Shown: positions 1 through 13,150 of the stretch, in pieces
Position numbering within the stretch: position 1 is the stretch's first letter
How the letters are laid out: each line of letters begins with the position of its first letter
Assembly: GCA_032718475.1 (NCBI GenBank)
Contig: JAUCBJ010007162.1
Span: 1 to 64,000 of the forward strand
Reading direction: 5' to 3'
Source of the DNA: Nemertoderma westbladi
Lineage: Eukaryota; Animalia; Xenacoelomorpha
DNA length: 64,000 nucleotides
Position numbers and translations under genes: made by a program
The notes under the pieces: generated by a model
What the model saw: only the letters and a program-made list of their open reading frames with translations
Told to the model about the DNA's origin: nothing
Database searches by the model: none

Positions 1-339
1 CCCCTAACCCCCCCCCCCCCTCCCCCCTCCCCTCCCCCTCCACCCACCCCTCATTACTTCTTTACATATATTCAGAATCATGCATTTTATCACCTTCTGG
101 GTGGTAGCTACTAGCAATGCTATTAGCTGCCATCCAGTCCATCATAGACATCTCTTACTCTCACCCTCTCACCCTCTCACTCTATGATTTCGGTTAAATC
201 TTTGGTATTGGGGTGCTTCGCAACACTTACGTATATTCTGTCTATATGGCAAATAAATTTCAAGTTCAAGTTCAAGCAATATATATATAATCAGTATGAG
301 TGTGTGAAGTTCATTGATGATGGGAGATTATGCGAACTA

Positions 340-1742
340 CTACTAGGATCGGCATGCTGCATTGCAGCTGCATTTTTAAGAATGCTGTGCCGGCTTGTCA
401 ACAAAATTGCACCGCCACAACTCCCTATCACCCATGACATTTGCTAGATCATCCGCATCTTTAAGGCCAGTGTCCTTTAAGATGCGTCTCAAGAAAGTCA
501 TGGGCTGTCCACCATGCTTATTCACTCCATGAGGCTGCCAAAGTACAAGATTATGCACTGGCTGGTCCTCACGGCGAAAGCAATGTCCATGCAAAGCGGA
601 GGCGATTTTGTTCTACTGTCAAGCTCGGGGGAACCAATGAGACACCTCCAATGTTATATAGTGTCTGGTTGGAGATGTGTGCATTGTACTTGACACAATG
701 AACCCGCCGTAGCATTCTTGTGAAGGTGCCATCCAGAGATTTGGTGTCCTCAGCAGTTACAGCCCAGCATGGACTCCCATAGAGGAGTACTGGAACTACT
801 GCTGCTCTAAATAATCGGACCTTAAGTTTCCGATTAATTCTCGGTGACTTCCAAATCCTGGAAAGCCTATTCAAGGCTGCCCATGCCTTTCCCTTACGTA
901 TTCGAAGGTCCTCACCTGACTTCCGGATCCATGATCCTAGGTAACAGAAGTCGTCCACATGCTCAAGCATACCATCCTTTGAGCTTATGCTCATCCGATC
1001 AGAGACTTGCTGAGGACTTTCAAAGTTAACTGTCAAAATTTTGGTCTTTCTGGAGTTAATAAAAAGACCAACACTAGAAGCAGCATATTCTAATGAGCTG
1101 AGGAACCGTTGGGCTCCCTCTAATGATTCTGAGAGTACTCCTAAGTCATCAGCAAAGTCTAGATCAGTTAGGTACTTGGCAGGATTTCCTCGACTTCTGG
1201 AGCCAGTTGGTGGAGTTATCATCACCCCATCATCATTATGATGATCTAAGGACATGCGTAGAACATAGTCAACCACAATAATGAACAAGAATGGTGCAAG
1301 TGTGTCTCCTTGGAGGACGCCCCATAACACTTCAAATGGTTCTGTGTCACCGTCAACAGTAGACACAAATGTTGTCGAACCATCGTATACTGATCTGATT
1401 GCTGCAATAATTTCATCAGGAATCCCATATAATGAAAGTATGCTGAACATACGTGAGCGAGAGACTGAATCAAAGGCCTTGAAGAAGTCAACAAAGATAA
1501 CAGCCAGATGCCTGTCTTTCTTTTTTGATAACTCTTCAATTATCCTTCTAAGTGCCAAAATGGGCTCCATGGTCCCACGACCTTTACGGAACCCATTCTG
1601 ATTTCCACGGAGCAGTCTCTCAATGGGATCCCTGATGCGATTTAATAGAATCCTATTGTATAGCTTTGCAGCAATCGAGATCAATGAGATTCCCCGAAAA
1701 GAACCATAGAGTGTTAGGTTGCCCTTCTTGGGAACTGGCACC
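340..1742 (-). mobile_element. 5'-truncated RTE-clade non-LTR retrotransposon, copy 1 (RT domain; +1 frameshift near 590)
   Basis: ORF 569..1741 has non-LTR RT motifs (QNGFRKGR, FVDFFKAFDSV, GVLQGDTLAP, FADD). The C-terminus continues in 376..594 (GHCFRR...LVLWQPHG). The 3' tail is (TAG)n. A 12-bp TSD TTATGCGAACTA lies at 328-339 and 1743-1754. Confidence 0.92.
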
Positions 1743-3059
1743 TTATGCGAACTAGTATTCCTGTATACAATGTTATTATCTTATACAACATGTAACCTAC
1801 ACGTACACACATGGTTACGGTTAGAACTCATCAATAGAAGCACAAAAAAATTAATAATAATAATAATAATAATGCATTCGCGCTCAGTAGTAACAAAACT
1901 TTATAAGTAGTAAGATGAACCCCTTTTCGGCGACAGTTGGACCTACTTCGCACCTTAGGTGTTAAGTAGGTCATTAATTAATTAAACAATTAATTAATTG
2001 GTCGATTAAACAATTAATTAATTGTTTAATCGATCGATTTGTATCAAATAATGTTGCCAAAGGCAATTTAATTTGACACAAATCAATCAGATAGGGGACG
2101 CGCGATGAATAGATTGTACTACAGTAGATAAAATATACAATACAATAGGCACTGTACAATACAATATACAGTACATTTGTATTATTTTTGTCGTACAATA
2201 GAATGATAGAATGAAATAAAAAGATGCGAGCGGGGCCCAAAACATAAATTACCCTCACACGAAAATAAAATGGGCCAGTTTGGCCCTGGCTCAGTCCCTC
2301 AATAATCTGAGGCTGTTTGGGCTCTTATTAGACGTAGCATGACTAACCCCATTGAATCCTATGTTGGGTTATACTGCATGTCAACGCGTAGGTGGGGACT
2401 GCCACGAATTTTAAATTATTTAATCCTCAACCATTTCTATACTAGATACTGTAGTTTTATGTACCATACGACCATTGTCAAATCGCCTGAGAAATTAAAA
2501 TAAACATCTGGTTTGCAATAGATTGCATTCTTTCACATTGTGTTGTGAAGCAGCCTTGCGCGCCTGACCGCACATAATTAAATAAGGCCCTCTTTTAATA
2601 CATAAGTTATATACAGTTTATCTTCAATTTATTGAATTTGTTTTTATTTACAATCCTAATTGTTCTACTGTATTATAATTTATGTTTTATTATAACAAGC
2701 TATATCCTGTTAATCTTTATTAATTTTATTTGTACTGAGTTTTTCGAGGGCGCTGTTTCCAATGGTCCTACTCTCAAAACGATCTAACCTACTGTATAAT
2801 TAATTACTTAAGTCTGCGAGGTATGCGTAAGTAACAAATCTCGTTTACCAGTTTTCCTCAAAAACTATGAAGCTATATTGCTTAAGAGTTATGAGGGGCG
2901 AGCCATGAGGCAAGATGTTTGAAACTTTTTTAGATATATTATTACTTAATTTTGACCCCCCAGTCGGTATCTATTACAATATATGCTATATCTTTTTGCG
3001 GAGTCACAGAGTAGTCTGAAGTTCCGAGTCTGCTGCTAGAGGGTGAAATGTCTCAAAGT

Positions 3060-3220
3060 GAAAACCATACAGTAGCTATGAATTGGTTACTAGGCAATAA
3101 TACTACATTTTGTATAGTTAGGCCTATTGCTGATCGAACGAAAACTGCCCTGGTCCATCATGTGAGGATCGAACCCACGACCTACTGGAGATGTGAATTC
3201 AAAGCAACCACTACACCAAC
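3060..3220 (-). mobile_element. tRNA-derived SINE head, interrupted by RTE copy 2
   Basis: Minus-strand A box TGGTGTAGTGG (3218-3208) and B box GGTTCGATCC (3175-3166), with no complete cloverleaf. The extent of the body is uncertain. Confidence 0.6.
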
Positions 3221-4757
3221 TACTAGGATCGGCATGCTGCATTGCAGCTGCATTTTTAAGAATGCTGTGCCGGCTTGTCAACAAAATTGCACTGCCACAA
3301 CTCCCTATCACCCATGACATTTGCTAGATCATCCGCATCTTTAAGGCCAGTGTCCTTTAAGATGCGTCTCAACAAAGTCATGGGCTGTCCACCATGCTTA
3401 TTCACTCCATGAGGCTGCCAAAGTACAAGATTATGCACTGGCTGGTCCTCACGGCGAAAGCAATGTCCTGCAAAGCGGAGGCGATTTTGTTCTAGTGTCA
3501 AGCTTGGGGGAACCAATGAGAAACCTCCAATGTTATATAGTGTCTGGTTGGAGATGTGTGCATTGTACTTGACACAATGAACCCGGCGTAGCATTCTTGT
3601 GAATGTGCCATCCAGAGATTTGGTGTCCTCAGCAGTTAGAGCCCAGCATGGACTCCCGTAGAGGAGTACTGGAACTACTGCTGCTCTAAATAATCGGACC
3701 TTAAGTTTCCGATTAATCCTAGGTGACTTCCAAATCCTGGAAAGCCTATTCAAGGCTGCCCATGCCTTTCCCTTACGTATTCGAAGGTCCTCACCTGACT
3801 TCCGGATCCATGATCCCAGGTAACAGAAGTCGTCCACATGCTCAAGCATACCATCCTTTGAGCTTATGCTCATCCGATCAGAGACTTGCTGAGGACTTTC
3901 AAAGTTAACTGTCTGAATTTTGGTCTTTCTGGAGTTAATAAAAAGACCAACACTAGAAGCAGCATGTTCTAATGAGCTGAGGAGCCGTTGGGCTCCCTCT
4001 AATGATTCTGAGAGTACTCCTAAGTCATCAGCAAAGTCTAGATCAGTTAGGTACTTGGCAGGATTTCCTCGACTTCTGGAGCCAGTAGGTGGAGTTATCA
4101 TCACCCCATCATCATTATGATGATCTAAGGACATGCGTAGAACATAGTCAACCACAATAATGAACAAGAATGGTGCAAGTGTGTCTCCTTGGGGGACGCC
4201 CCATAACACTTCGAATGGTTCTGTGTCACCGTCAACAGTAGACACAAATGTTGTCGAACCATCGTATACTGATCTGATTGCTGCAATAATTTCATCAGGA
4301 ATCCCATATAATGAAGGTATACTGAACATACGTGACCGAGAAACTGAATCAAAGGCCTTGAAGAAGTCAACAAAGATAACAGCCAGATGCCTGTCTTTCT
4401 TTTTTGATAATTCTTCAATTATCCTTCTAAGTGCCAAAATGGGCTCCATGGTCCCACGACCTTTACGGAACCCATTCTTATTTCCACGGAGCAGTCTCTC
4501 AATGGGATCCCTGATGCGATTTAATAGAATCCTATTGTATAGCTTTGCAGCAATCGAGATCAATGAGATTCCCCGAAAATAACCATAGAGTGTTAGGTTG
4601 CCCTTCTTGGGAACTGGCACCAACTTATTTGTTTTCATTTCTTGTGGGACTCTTGTTGTTCGGTACATGTCTACTATGATGGATAGAACAGTAACGTTCG
4701 AATTTGTTCGTTAACGTTCGAATTTGTAAGACTCTGATTTAAGAACTGAGGCACTCC
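3221..4757 (-). mobile_element. 5'-truncated RTE-clade non-LTR retrotransposon, copy 2 (open RT ORF 3256..4668)
   Basis: Near-identical to copy 1, with motifs GVPQGDTLAP, FADD and RLRFAGHCFRR and the same (TAG)n 3' end. RT-like sequence continues to ~4757, including a local ACAAATTCGAACGTTA duplication. No TSD found. Confidence 0.92.
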
Positions 4758-7700
4758 CCACAACCACAGCCACAGCCACAACCATAGCCACAGCCACAGC
4801 CACAGCCACAGCCACAGCCACAGCCACAGCCACAGCCACAGCCACAGCCACAGCCACAGCCACAGCCACAGCCACAGCCACAGCCACAGCCACAGCCACA
4901 GCCACAGCCACAGCCACAGCCACAGCCACAGCCACAGCCACAGCCACAGCCACAGCCACAGCCACAGCCACAGCCACAGCCACAGCCACAGCCACAGCCA
5001 CAGCCACAGCCACAGCCACAGCCACAGCCACAGCCACGGCCACAGCCACAGCCACAGCCACAGCCACAGCCACAGCCACAGCCACAGCCACAGCCACAGC
5101 CACAGCCACAGCCACAGCCACAGCCACAGCCATAGCCAAGCCACAGCCACAGCCACAGCCACAGCCACAGCCACAGCCACAGCCACAGCCACAGCCACAG
5201 CCACAGCCACAGCCACAGCCACAGCCACAGCCACAGCCACAGCCACAGCCACAGCCACAGCCACAGCCACAGCCACAGCCACAGCCACAGCCTCAACCTC
5301 AGCCTCAGCCTCAAGCCTCAGCCTCAGCCTCAGCCTCAGCCTCAGCCTCAGCCTCAGCCTCAGCCTCAGCCTCAGCCTCAGCCTCAGCCTCAGCCTCAGC
5401 CTCAGCCTCAGCCTCAGCCTCAGCCTCAGCCTCAGCCTCAGACTCAGCCTCAGCCTCAGCCTCAGCCTCAGCCTCAGCCTCAGCCTCAGCCACAGCCACA
5501 GCCACAGCCACAGCCACAGCCACAGCCACAGCCACAGCCACAGCCACAGCCACAGCCACAGCCACAGCCACAGCCTCAGCCTCAGCCTCAGCCACAGCCA
5601 CAGCCACAGCCACAGCCACAGCCACAGCCACAGCCACAGCCACAGCCACAGCCACAGCCACAGCCACAGCCTCAGCCTCAGCCTCAACCACAGCCACAGC
5701 CACAGCCACAGCCACAGCCACAGCCACAGCCACAGCCTCAGCCTCAGCCTCAGCCTCAGCCTCAGCCTCAGCCTCAGCCTCAGCCTCACCCTCAGCCTCA
5801 GCCTCAGCCTCAGCCTCAGCCTCAGCCTCAGCCTCAGCCTCAGCCTCAGCCTCAGCCTCAGCCTCAGCCTCAGCCTCAGCCTCAGCCACAGCCACAGCCA
5901 CAGCCACAGCCACAGCCACAGCCACAGCCACAGCCACAGCCACAGCCACAGCCACAGCCACAGCCACAGCCACAGCCACAGCCACAGCCACAGCCACAGC
6001 CACAGCCACAGCCACAGCCACAGCCACAGCCACAGCCACAGCCACAGCCACAGCCACAGCCACAGCCACAGCCACAGCCACAGCCACAGCCACAGCCACA
6101 GCCACAGCCACAGCCACAGCCACAGCCACAGCCACAGCCACAGCCACAGCCACAGCCACAGCCACAGCCACAGCCACAGCCACAGCCACAGCCACAGCCA
6201 CAGCCTCAGCCTCAGCCTCAGCCTCAACCTCAGCCTCAGCCTCAGCCTCAGCCTCAGCCTCAGCCTCAGCCTCAGCCTCAGCCTCAGCCTCAGCCTCAGC
6301 CTCAGCCTCAGCCTCAGCCTCAGCCTCAGCCTCAGCCTCAGCCTCAGCCTCAGCCTCAGCCTCAGCCTCAGCCTCAGCCTCAGCCTCAGCCTCAGCCTCA
6401 GCCTCAGCCTCAGCCTCAGCCTCAGCCTCAGCCTCAGCCTCAGCCTCAGCCTCAGCCTCAGCCTCAGCCTCAGCCTCAGCCTCAGCCTCAGCCTCAGCCT
6501 CAGCCTCAGCCTCAGCCTCAGCCTCAGCCTCAGCCTCAGCCTCAGCCTCAGCCTCAGCCTCAGCCTCAGCCTCAGCCTCAGCCTCAGCCTCAGCCTCAGC
6601 CTCAGCCTCAGCCTCAGCCTCAGCCTCAGCCTCAGCCTCAGCCTCAGCCTCAGCCTCAGCCTCAGCCTCAGCCTCAGCCTCAGCCTCAGCCTCAGCCTCA
6701 GCCTCAGCCTCAGCCTCAGCCTCAGCCTCAGCCTCAGCCTCAGCCTCAGCCTCAGCCTCAGCCTCAGCCTCAGCCTCAGCCTCAGCCTCAGCCTCAGCCT
6801 CAGCCTCAGCCTCAGCCTCAGCCTCAGCCTCAGCCTCAGCCTCAGCCTCAGCCTCAGCCTCAGCCTCAGCCTCAGCCTCAGCCTCAGCCTCAGCCTCAGC
6901 CTCAGCCTCAGCCTCAGCCTCAGCCTCAGCCTCAGCCTCAGCCTCAGCCTCAGCCTCAGCCTCAGCCTCAGCCTCAGCCTCAGCCTCAGCCTCAGCCTCA
7001 GCCTCAGCCTCAGCCTCAGCCTCAGCCTCAGCCTCAGCCTCAGCCTCAGCCTCAGCCTCAGCCTCAGCCTCAGCCTCAGCCTCAGCCTCAGCCTCAGCCT
7101 CAGCCTCAGCCTCAGCCTCAGCCTCAGCCTCAGCCTCAGCCTCAGCCTCAGCCTCAGCCTCAGCCTCAGCCTCAGCCTCAGCCTCAGCCTCAGCCTCAGC
7201 CTCAGCCTCAGCCTCAGCCTCAGCCTCAGCCTCAGCCTCAGCCTCAGCCTCAGCCTCAGCCTCAGCCTCAGCCTCAGCCTCAGCCTCAGCCTCAGCCTCA
7301 GCCTCAGCCTCAGCCTCAGCCTCAGCCTCAGCCTCAGCCTCAGCCTCAGCCTCAGCCTCAGCCTCAGCCTCAGCCTCAGCCTCAGCCTCAGCCTCAGCCT
7401 CAGCCTCAGCCTCAGCCTCAGCCTCAGCCTCAGCCTCAGCCTCAGCCTCAGCCTCAGCCTCAGCCTCAGCCTCAGCCTCAGCCTCAGCCTCAGCCTCAGC
7501 CTCAGCCTCAGCCTCAGCCTCAGCCTCAGCCTCAGCCTCAGCCTCAGCCTCAGCCTCAGCCTCAGCCTCAGCCTCAGCCTCAGCCTCAGCCTCAGCCTCA
7601 GCCTCAGCCTCAGCCTCAGCCTCAGCCTCAGCCTCAGCCTCAGCCTCAGCCTCAGCCTCAGCCTCAGCCTCAGCCTCAGCCTCAGCCTCAGCCTCAGCCT

Positions 7701-8597
7701 CAGCCTCAGCCTCAGCCTCAGCCTCAGCCTCAGCCTCAGCCTCAGCCTCAGCCTCAGCCTCAGCCTCAGCCTCACCCTCAGCCTCAGCCTCAGCCTCAGC
7801 CTCAGCCTCAGCCTCAGCCTCAGCCTCAGCCTCAGCCTCAGCCTCATCCTCAGCCTCAGCCTCATCCTCAGCCTCAGCCTCAGCCTCAGCCTCAGCCTCA
7901 GCCTCAGCCTCAGCCTCAGCCTCAGCCTCAGCCTCAGCCTCAGCCTCAGCCTCAGCCTCAGCCTCAGCCTCAGCCTCAGCCTCAGCCTCAGCCTCAGCCT
8001 CAGCCTCAGCCTCAGCCTCAGCCTCAGCCTCAGCCTCATCCTCAGCCTCAGCCTCATCCTCAGCCTCAGCCTCAGCCTCAGCCTCAGCCTCAGCCTCAGC
8101 CTCAGCCTCAGCCTCAGCCTCAGCCTCAGCCTCAGCCTCAGCCTCAGCCTCAGCCTCAGCCTCAGCCTCAGCCTCAGCCTCAGCCTCAGCCTCAGCCTCA
8201 GCCTCAGCCTCAGCCTCAGCCACAGCCTCAGCCTCAGCCTCAGCCTCAGCCTCAGCCTCAGCCTCAGCCTCAGCCTCAGCCTCATCCTCAGCCTCAGCCT
8301 CAACCTCAGCCTCAGCCTCAGCCTCAGCCTCAGCCTAGGCCTCAGCCTCAGCCTCAGCCTCAGCCACAGCTTCAGCCTCAGCCTCAGCCTCAGCCTCAGC
8401 CTCAGCCTCAGCCTCAGCCTCAGCCTCAGCCTCAGCCTCAGCCTCAGCCTCAACCTCAGCCTTAGCCTCAGCCTCAGCCTCAGCCTCAGCCTAGGCCTCA
8501 GCCTCAGCCTCAGCCTCAGCCACAGCCTCAGCCAAAGCCACAGCCTCAGCCTCAGCCACAGCCACAGCCTCAGCCACAGCCTCAGCCTCAGCCACAG
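4758..8597 (+). repeat. Hexanucleotide array (CAGCCA)n/(CAGCCT)n, ~3.8 kb, ~640 units
   Basis: Directly visible as alternating homogeneous blocks of CAGCCA and CAGCCT. It reads (Gln-Pro)n in the frame that continues into [16 protein letters not shown] of element A gag. Confidence 0.98.
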
Positions 8598-11500
8598 CGC
8601 CTGAGGGAAGACTCTCGAGAAATCATTGATTCTTTATTACAAAGAAATGATTCTCCATTACAAAGAACTGATGACTTAGAGAACAAATGGCATTAATGCA
8701 AGACCATATCACCCTAACAAATAAGAAAGTCGACTCCAAAGCAGCGTCGCAGGATGTGCATATTTTAAAATGCGCCTCTGATGTGAGCGGTATTCATGAC
8801 GAGAATACAGTACATCAGAACGACCGAAGCTCGTATCTAACCAACCTTTTATTAAATTCTTCGGCAGTCGAAACCGACCTCACCAGACATAATATGTCTG
8901 GTGAGGTCGGTTTCGACTGCCGAAGAATTTAATAAAAGGTTGGTTAGATACGAGCTTCGGTCGTTCTGATGTACTGTATTCTCGTCATGAATACCGCTCA
9001 CATCAGAGGCGCACTGTCGGGCTTCGTTTCTAGCCATATTATGGCTAGAAACGAAGCCCGACAGTGCGTCTCCTCAGCTCAAATTTTAAAGTTTGATGGC
9101 AACGAACTGAAATGGCTACCCTTTGCAGAGTTCTGCAAGGACAGTATTCTAGAATCGCCATTGAGTGAACGTGAGAAGCTTAGATATTTATTTAGTTGCC
9201 TGGAAGGACCCCCTAAACAGATGGCTGCAAAATATGTGGGCCATGTAGACGGCATCAACACTGTTTGGGATACTCTAAAGGAGCGGTATGGCAATGAAGA
9301 AAGCTTGGCACGCAACATGTATGACAGATTAATCTCTAAAAATAGATCCACTCAAAACGGGATCGTGGAGTTTAGAGATGAAGTAGAGGAAATTTGTCAC
9401 CAGCTTGATTGGCTAGGACCGAAAAAAGTGTACTATACAATCATGACAGTACAGTTTGTTTTCAGTGCGCTTCCAAAGGGCTCCACTGGGACCAGATGGG
9501 ATCGATACACTTACAATTACAAACTTAAACACAGATGTTTCCCTGATATGGACTCGTTTAGAGGTTTCTTGAAGGCCGAAACCTCCACGTATCTTATCAC
9601 AATGAACCAGGAAAAAAGCACCCATTCAGACACACAGACATTCAAACACTGATAAGACAGCAACCAAGAAGCGATACGCTTATGTTACCAACTATGAAGA
9701 GTGTCCCTGTGATCACTCTGGTTCCGACACAGAGGGATGTGAAAGCATATATTACGGTGAGGTGAACTCCAGAGGTGAAAATAAACACAGTGGCCAAGGC
9801 AAACCAAATAGGAGAACACCTCCTCCCAAGGCCAATAGCACCCCAAGAAAGCATATGAGGATAACCGTAAGGCGACCACGAAGACCTATAATATAATCAC
9901 AGCCGGCACCACCAAACTTAAGTGCCCCCTTTGTAAAATAGACGCACACCCACTTGGGAAATGCAACACCTTCTTAAAAAAGACACTAAAGGAGACGAAA
10001 GAAGGTTTTGGACTTGTCGACATGCTTCTTGTGTCTTAGACCGGAACATTTGCGACGTAAGTGTAGACTAATGAACGTAAAAACGTGTCCGGTGTGTCAG
10101 GGCTCCCATCACCCTTTGCTACACCTAGACCAGACCCCGAAGGAAGAGCTAGACCAACATGTACACTTCACCGATTGTGAGACAGACTCTTCCGATGAAG
10201 GACCGGATGCATTCTACCCTGGAGAGTTTACTGACGACAATGAATGCTGTAACCATGTCAGTGTGTATGAAGCCTTAACCTATGAGGAACCCGCATTGGA
10301 AGATTGTTTCAAATTGGAGAACAATCCCAGCACCCAGTCATTTCAGGATGTCAGAGTCAGAGAGTTTCCGGTTCTCCAAGTCCGGCTCCACATGGGAAGT
10401 AGTAGCGTTGTGGTAAATGCCTTAATGGACACCGGAAGTATGGGCACCTTTATAGACACAGAATTAGCAGAATCCTTGTTCACCAGGGAACAGGGCCACG
10501 CCATGAAATTGACATTATCTGGGATAATGAAATGTTGGCAATCCACAATTGAGACCAAGTATTATAAAGTATCACTGTCCACCCTGCAAGATACCAGTGG
10601 CCGGGACAGGGTCTCTAACATCAAGATGGTCGTCATCCGGAATTTTGCCAAAATTCAGGCTCAGTCCTACGACTGGGATGATGACGCCCTTGTACGTAAT
10701 CATAACATTCCCTGTTTCACCCCAGACTACCCAGGCGTACAGATGTTGATAGGCCAAAATGTACCCGAGGCCTTAGAAGTTCTGGAGAAACGACCCAGAC
10801 ATCCAGAACCAATGTCAGCCTACGCATGTCGGACGAGAGTGGGATGGTTCTGTACCGGGCCTTTCCGGAAAACTCTATTGGAGCAAAAGGGACTGACAAA
10901 TACAGACACCGTTACTTGTAATTTAGTGACCCACCTTTGCAATGAGACCATAGAGACAGAAGAGGACGTCTTGACTACCCCTGACCAAACAGACAGTGAT
11001 AGTGACGCACCCCTGTCCTCTGACCAAGACTGTTCCCTAACTAGGTCCAGTGAACCCGACATTGTACCTCCGATGACTAAGCTAGCATTAGATACATCAC
11101 CCGACTTACGACTGCATCGGACGGCTGATGACCATAGGGATGAATTTTCACCTCTGGTCATAAATAATATCAAATGGGATATTTACATAAACGACAACCC
11201 GATATCAGCCCTGATCGTAACAGAAGCCATCGACATTGTTCAAGGGACAGTAAACTGCCTGAAACTTGGAGGATTTTGCCTAACAAAATTCACGAGTAAT
11301 TCCCGTGAGTTTTTAAAGGCCATACCCCCCGCCGAGCGTGGCGATACCCAACTGGACTTGAGTAAGGACGGTCTACCAGAGACGAAGCCATTAAGTCTTC
11401 GTTGGCTTACAGAAAGTAACATTGTGGTATTTAAAGTGAAATTGAGAAAGGGCGGTACCCAAACCAAACATTGCCTAGGCATACTCAGCGCTTATTTCGA

Positions 11501-11798
11501 CCCCCTAGGATTCAGCAACCCAGTTATATTGTGGGCTCGAGACCTTGTTCCACGTATGTGGAAGGAGAATGATAGTAGAAACATGCGTCAGCGTGGATGG
11601 CCTGGTAAGATCAGAGTAGATCAGAGTAGTACTGAGGGAAAAAGGCAAGCTAAACTTCGTCCCCCAGAGACTCAACCGTCCTATAGGCCGCCTCTGCCTG
11701 CTAGAAATGGCACGCGAAGAATCTGGCAACTACCTCAAGCAGGAAGTCAAGCCGACAGACTTGACATATTTTTTTTTTTTTTATTAGTTTTGGATTGA
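8598..11798 (+). pseudogene. Element A: disrupted BEL/Pao gag-protease-(partial RT) polyprotein
   Basis: BEL/Pao Gag core (ILKFDGNELKWLPF...EKLRYLFSCLEGPP), CCHC knuckles (CFLCLRPEHLRRKC; CPVCQGSHHPLLH) and protease ALMDTGS. Only the RT end follows (YINDN in place of YVDD; GGFCLTKFTSNS; FDPLG). Several frameshifts; no integrase. Confidence 0.9.
8771..9068. repeat. Two abutting perfect inverted repeats (121-bp arms 8771-8891/8893-9013; 29-bp arms 9010-9038/9040-9068)
   Basis: Read directly. The same peptide appears in ORFs 8687..8932(+) and 8852..9037(-). Confidence 0.95.
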
Positions 11799-13150
11799 GT
11801 GCACTGCATATCACACTCAAGCGTGGGAACGGGTTATGTTGCGTCATTAACCACTGACCCCATACGTTTTTAAAAATATGCCATATGATTCAGCTTGACA
11901 GGCTAACATAATTTCTACTTACATCGCTTCCGTCCCCAGATAACAATAGGACTATGGGATGTTTCATGATAAACTGTTTTATACACAGTGCATGAAACTT
12001 GATCTCAGTTCTAGAACATTCTAGAATACTATTAAGAAAAGTGGGATGTTCATGATAAGTCATTATACACACGACGCATGAAACCTGAACCCAACTCTTG
12101 ACAACATGTTGTGATAAGTCATTATTAAACATGACGCGCAGCCAACCAAAACCCTTAATAATTGTATGATGACGGTGATAATACAATTGAATGTGGAATC
12201 CATATCCTTTATTTCGGTTAAACCAAACTCTGGGTAAATTCTGGAAACGGCCCGCCACTTCTTGTATAACCCAAGTACATAAGGGAGTAACAAATAAAAT
12301 TATAATAAACTACACTAGTCATGATAAGTCATTATTAAACATGACGCATAACAATAACAAACCTTGGTCTTGCTGTATTATGACGGCCCAATAACACTTG
12401 AATACAGAGTCTTAATTACTACTCCCGCTTCTTGTCAATCGCCAGAGTAAAGTAAGAGATGTCAATTATTCGTTGGCTTGAAACTTCAAGAACCAACATA
12501 GGTTGATATTGATTAATACAATATCCATTCATATAAATCCGTTCAAGTCACTGTAATAATAAGCATTACGGGAACAGTCACGGTCCACTTAGTGGCTTTA
12601 GAACTTTTTAACAAAGTTCTAGAATTTTATCGTATATTTTTCCTAAAATTAATACCTTTAAATTTATTTAATAAGTATCCATGGAAATTTTAAATATCAT
12701 CATTCGGGAAAAAGTAGGTTTTGTAACGGACATTTGTGCATGTTGTGAAATTGGGTGTGTTAGTTTGTGTGATAGTACAAATAACAGCTATTCTCTGTGT
12801 GTTTACTCTAGCGAACCGAGACCCTATTGCAGACTAATCAGTCGTACTATAACAGTCAATACAACCCCCGGCGGACAGCCGTTGGAGAGACCAGTCTCGA
12901 GCTTCCCCTATGTGTTAGCCGCTTGTCTTCCACCCGTTCTTCCACATCTGTTGGCTTGGGAGTAGACATAGTGGCGCTGACGTGGCCAGGGGCGGCATGG
13001 GTCCTTGTCGGGCTGGGGATGGAGGGCGGCTCAGCATCGCCGGCCCTAAACAAACTCAAGTTATCATAACAATTATATCGACTCATTGGTTTGCTTTGTT
13101 GAATTATTAATATATTTATACATTGTTGATAACAATTATGGATATTTCTA

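Noticed and set aside
1-52. Telomere at the window start (CCCTAACCC)
   Set aside because: It is a single unit within a poly-C low-complexity tract.
340-4622. The two RT copies as LTRs or a segmental duplication
   Set aside because: The repeat is RT coding sequence with different flanks, and copy 1 has its own TSD, so these are independent LINE insertions.
4674-8453. Long minus-strand ORFs ([12 protein letters not shown]; up to 1259 aa)
   Set aside because: They are stop-free frames of the hexamer array, antisense to the adjoining gag, and are not genes.
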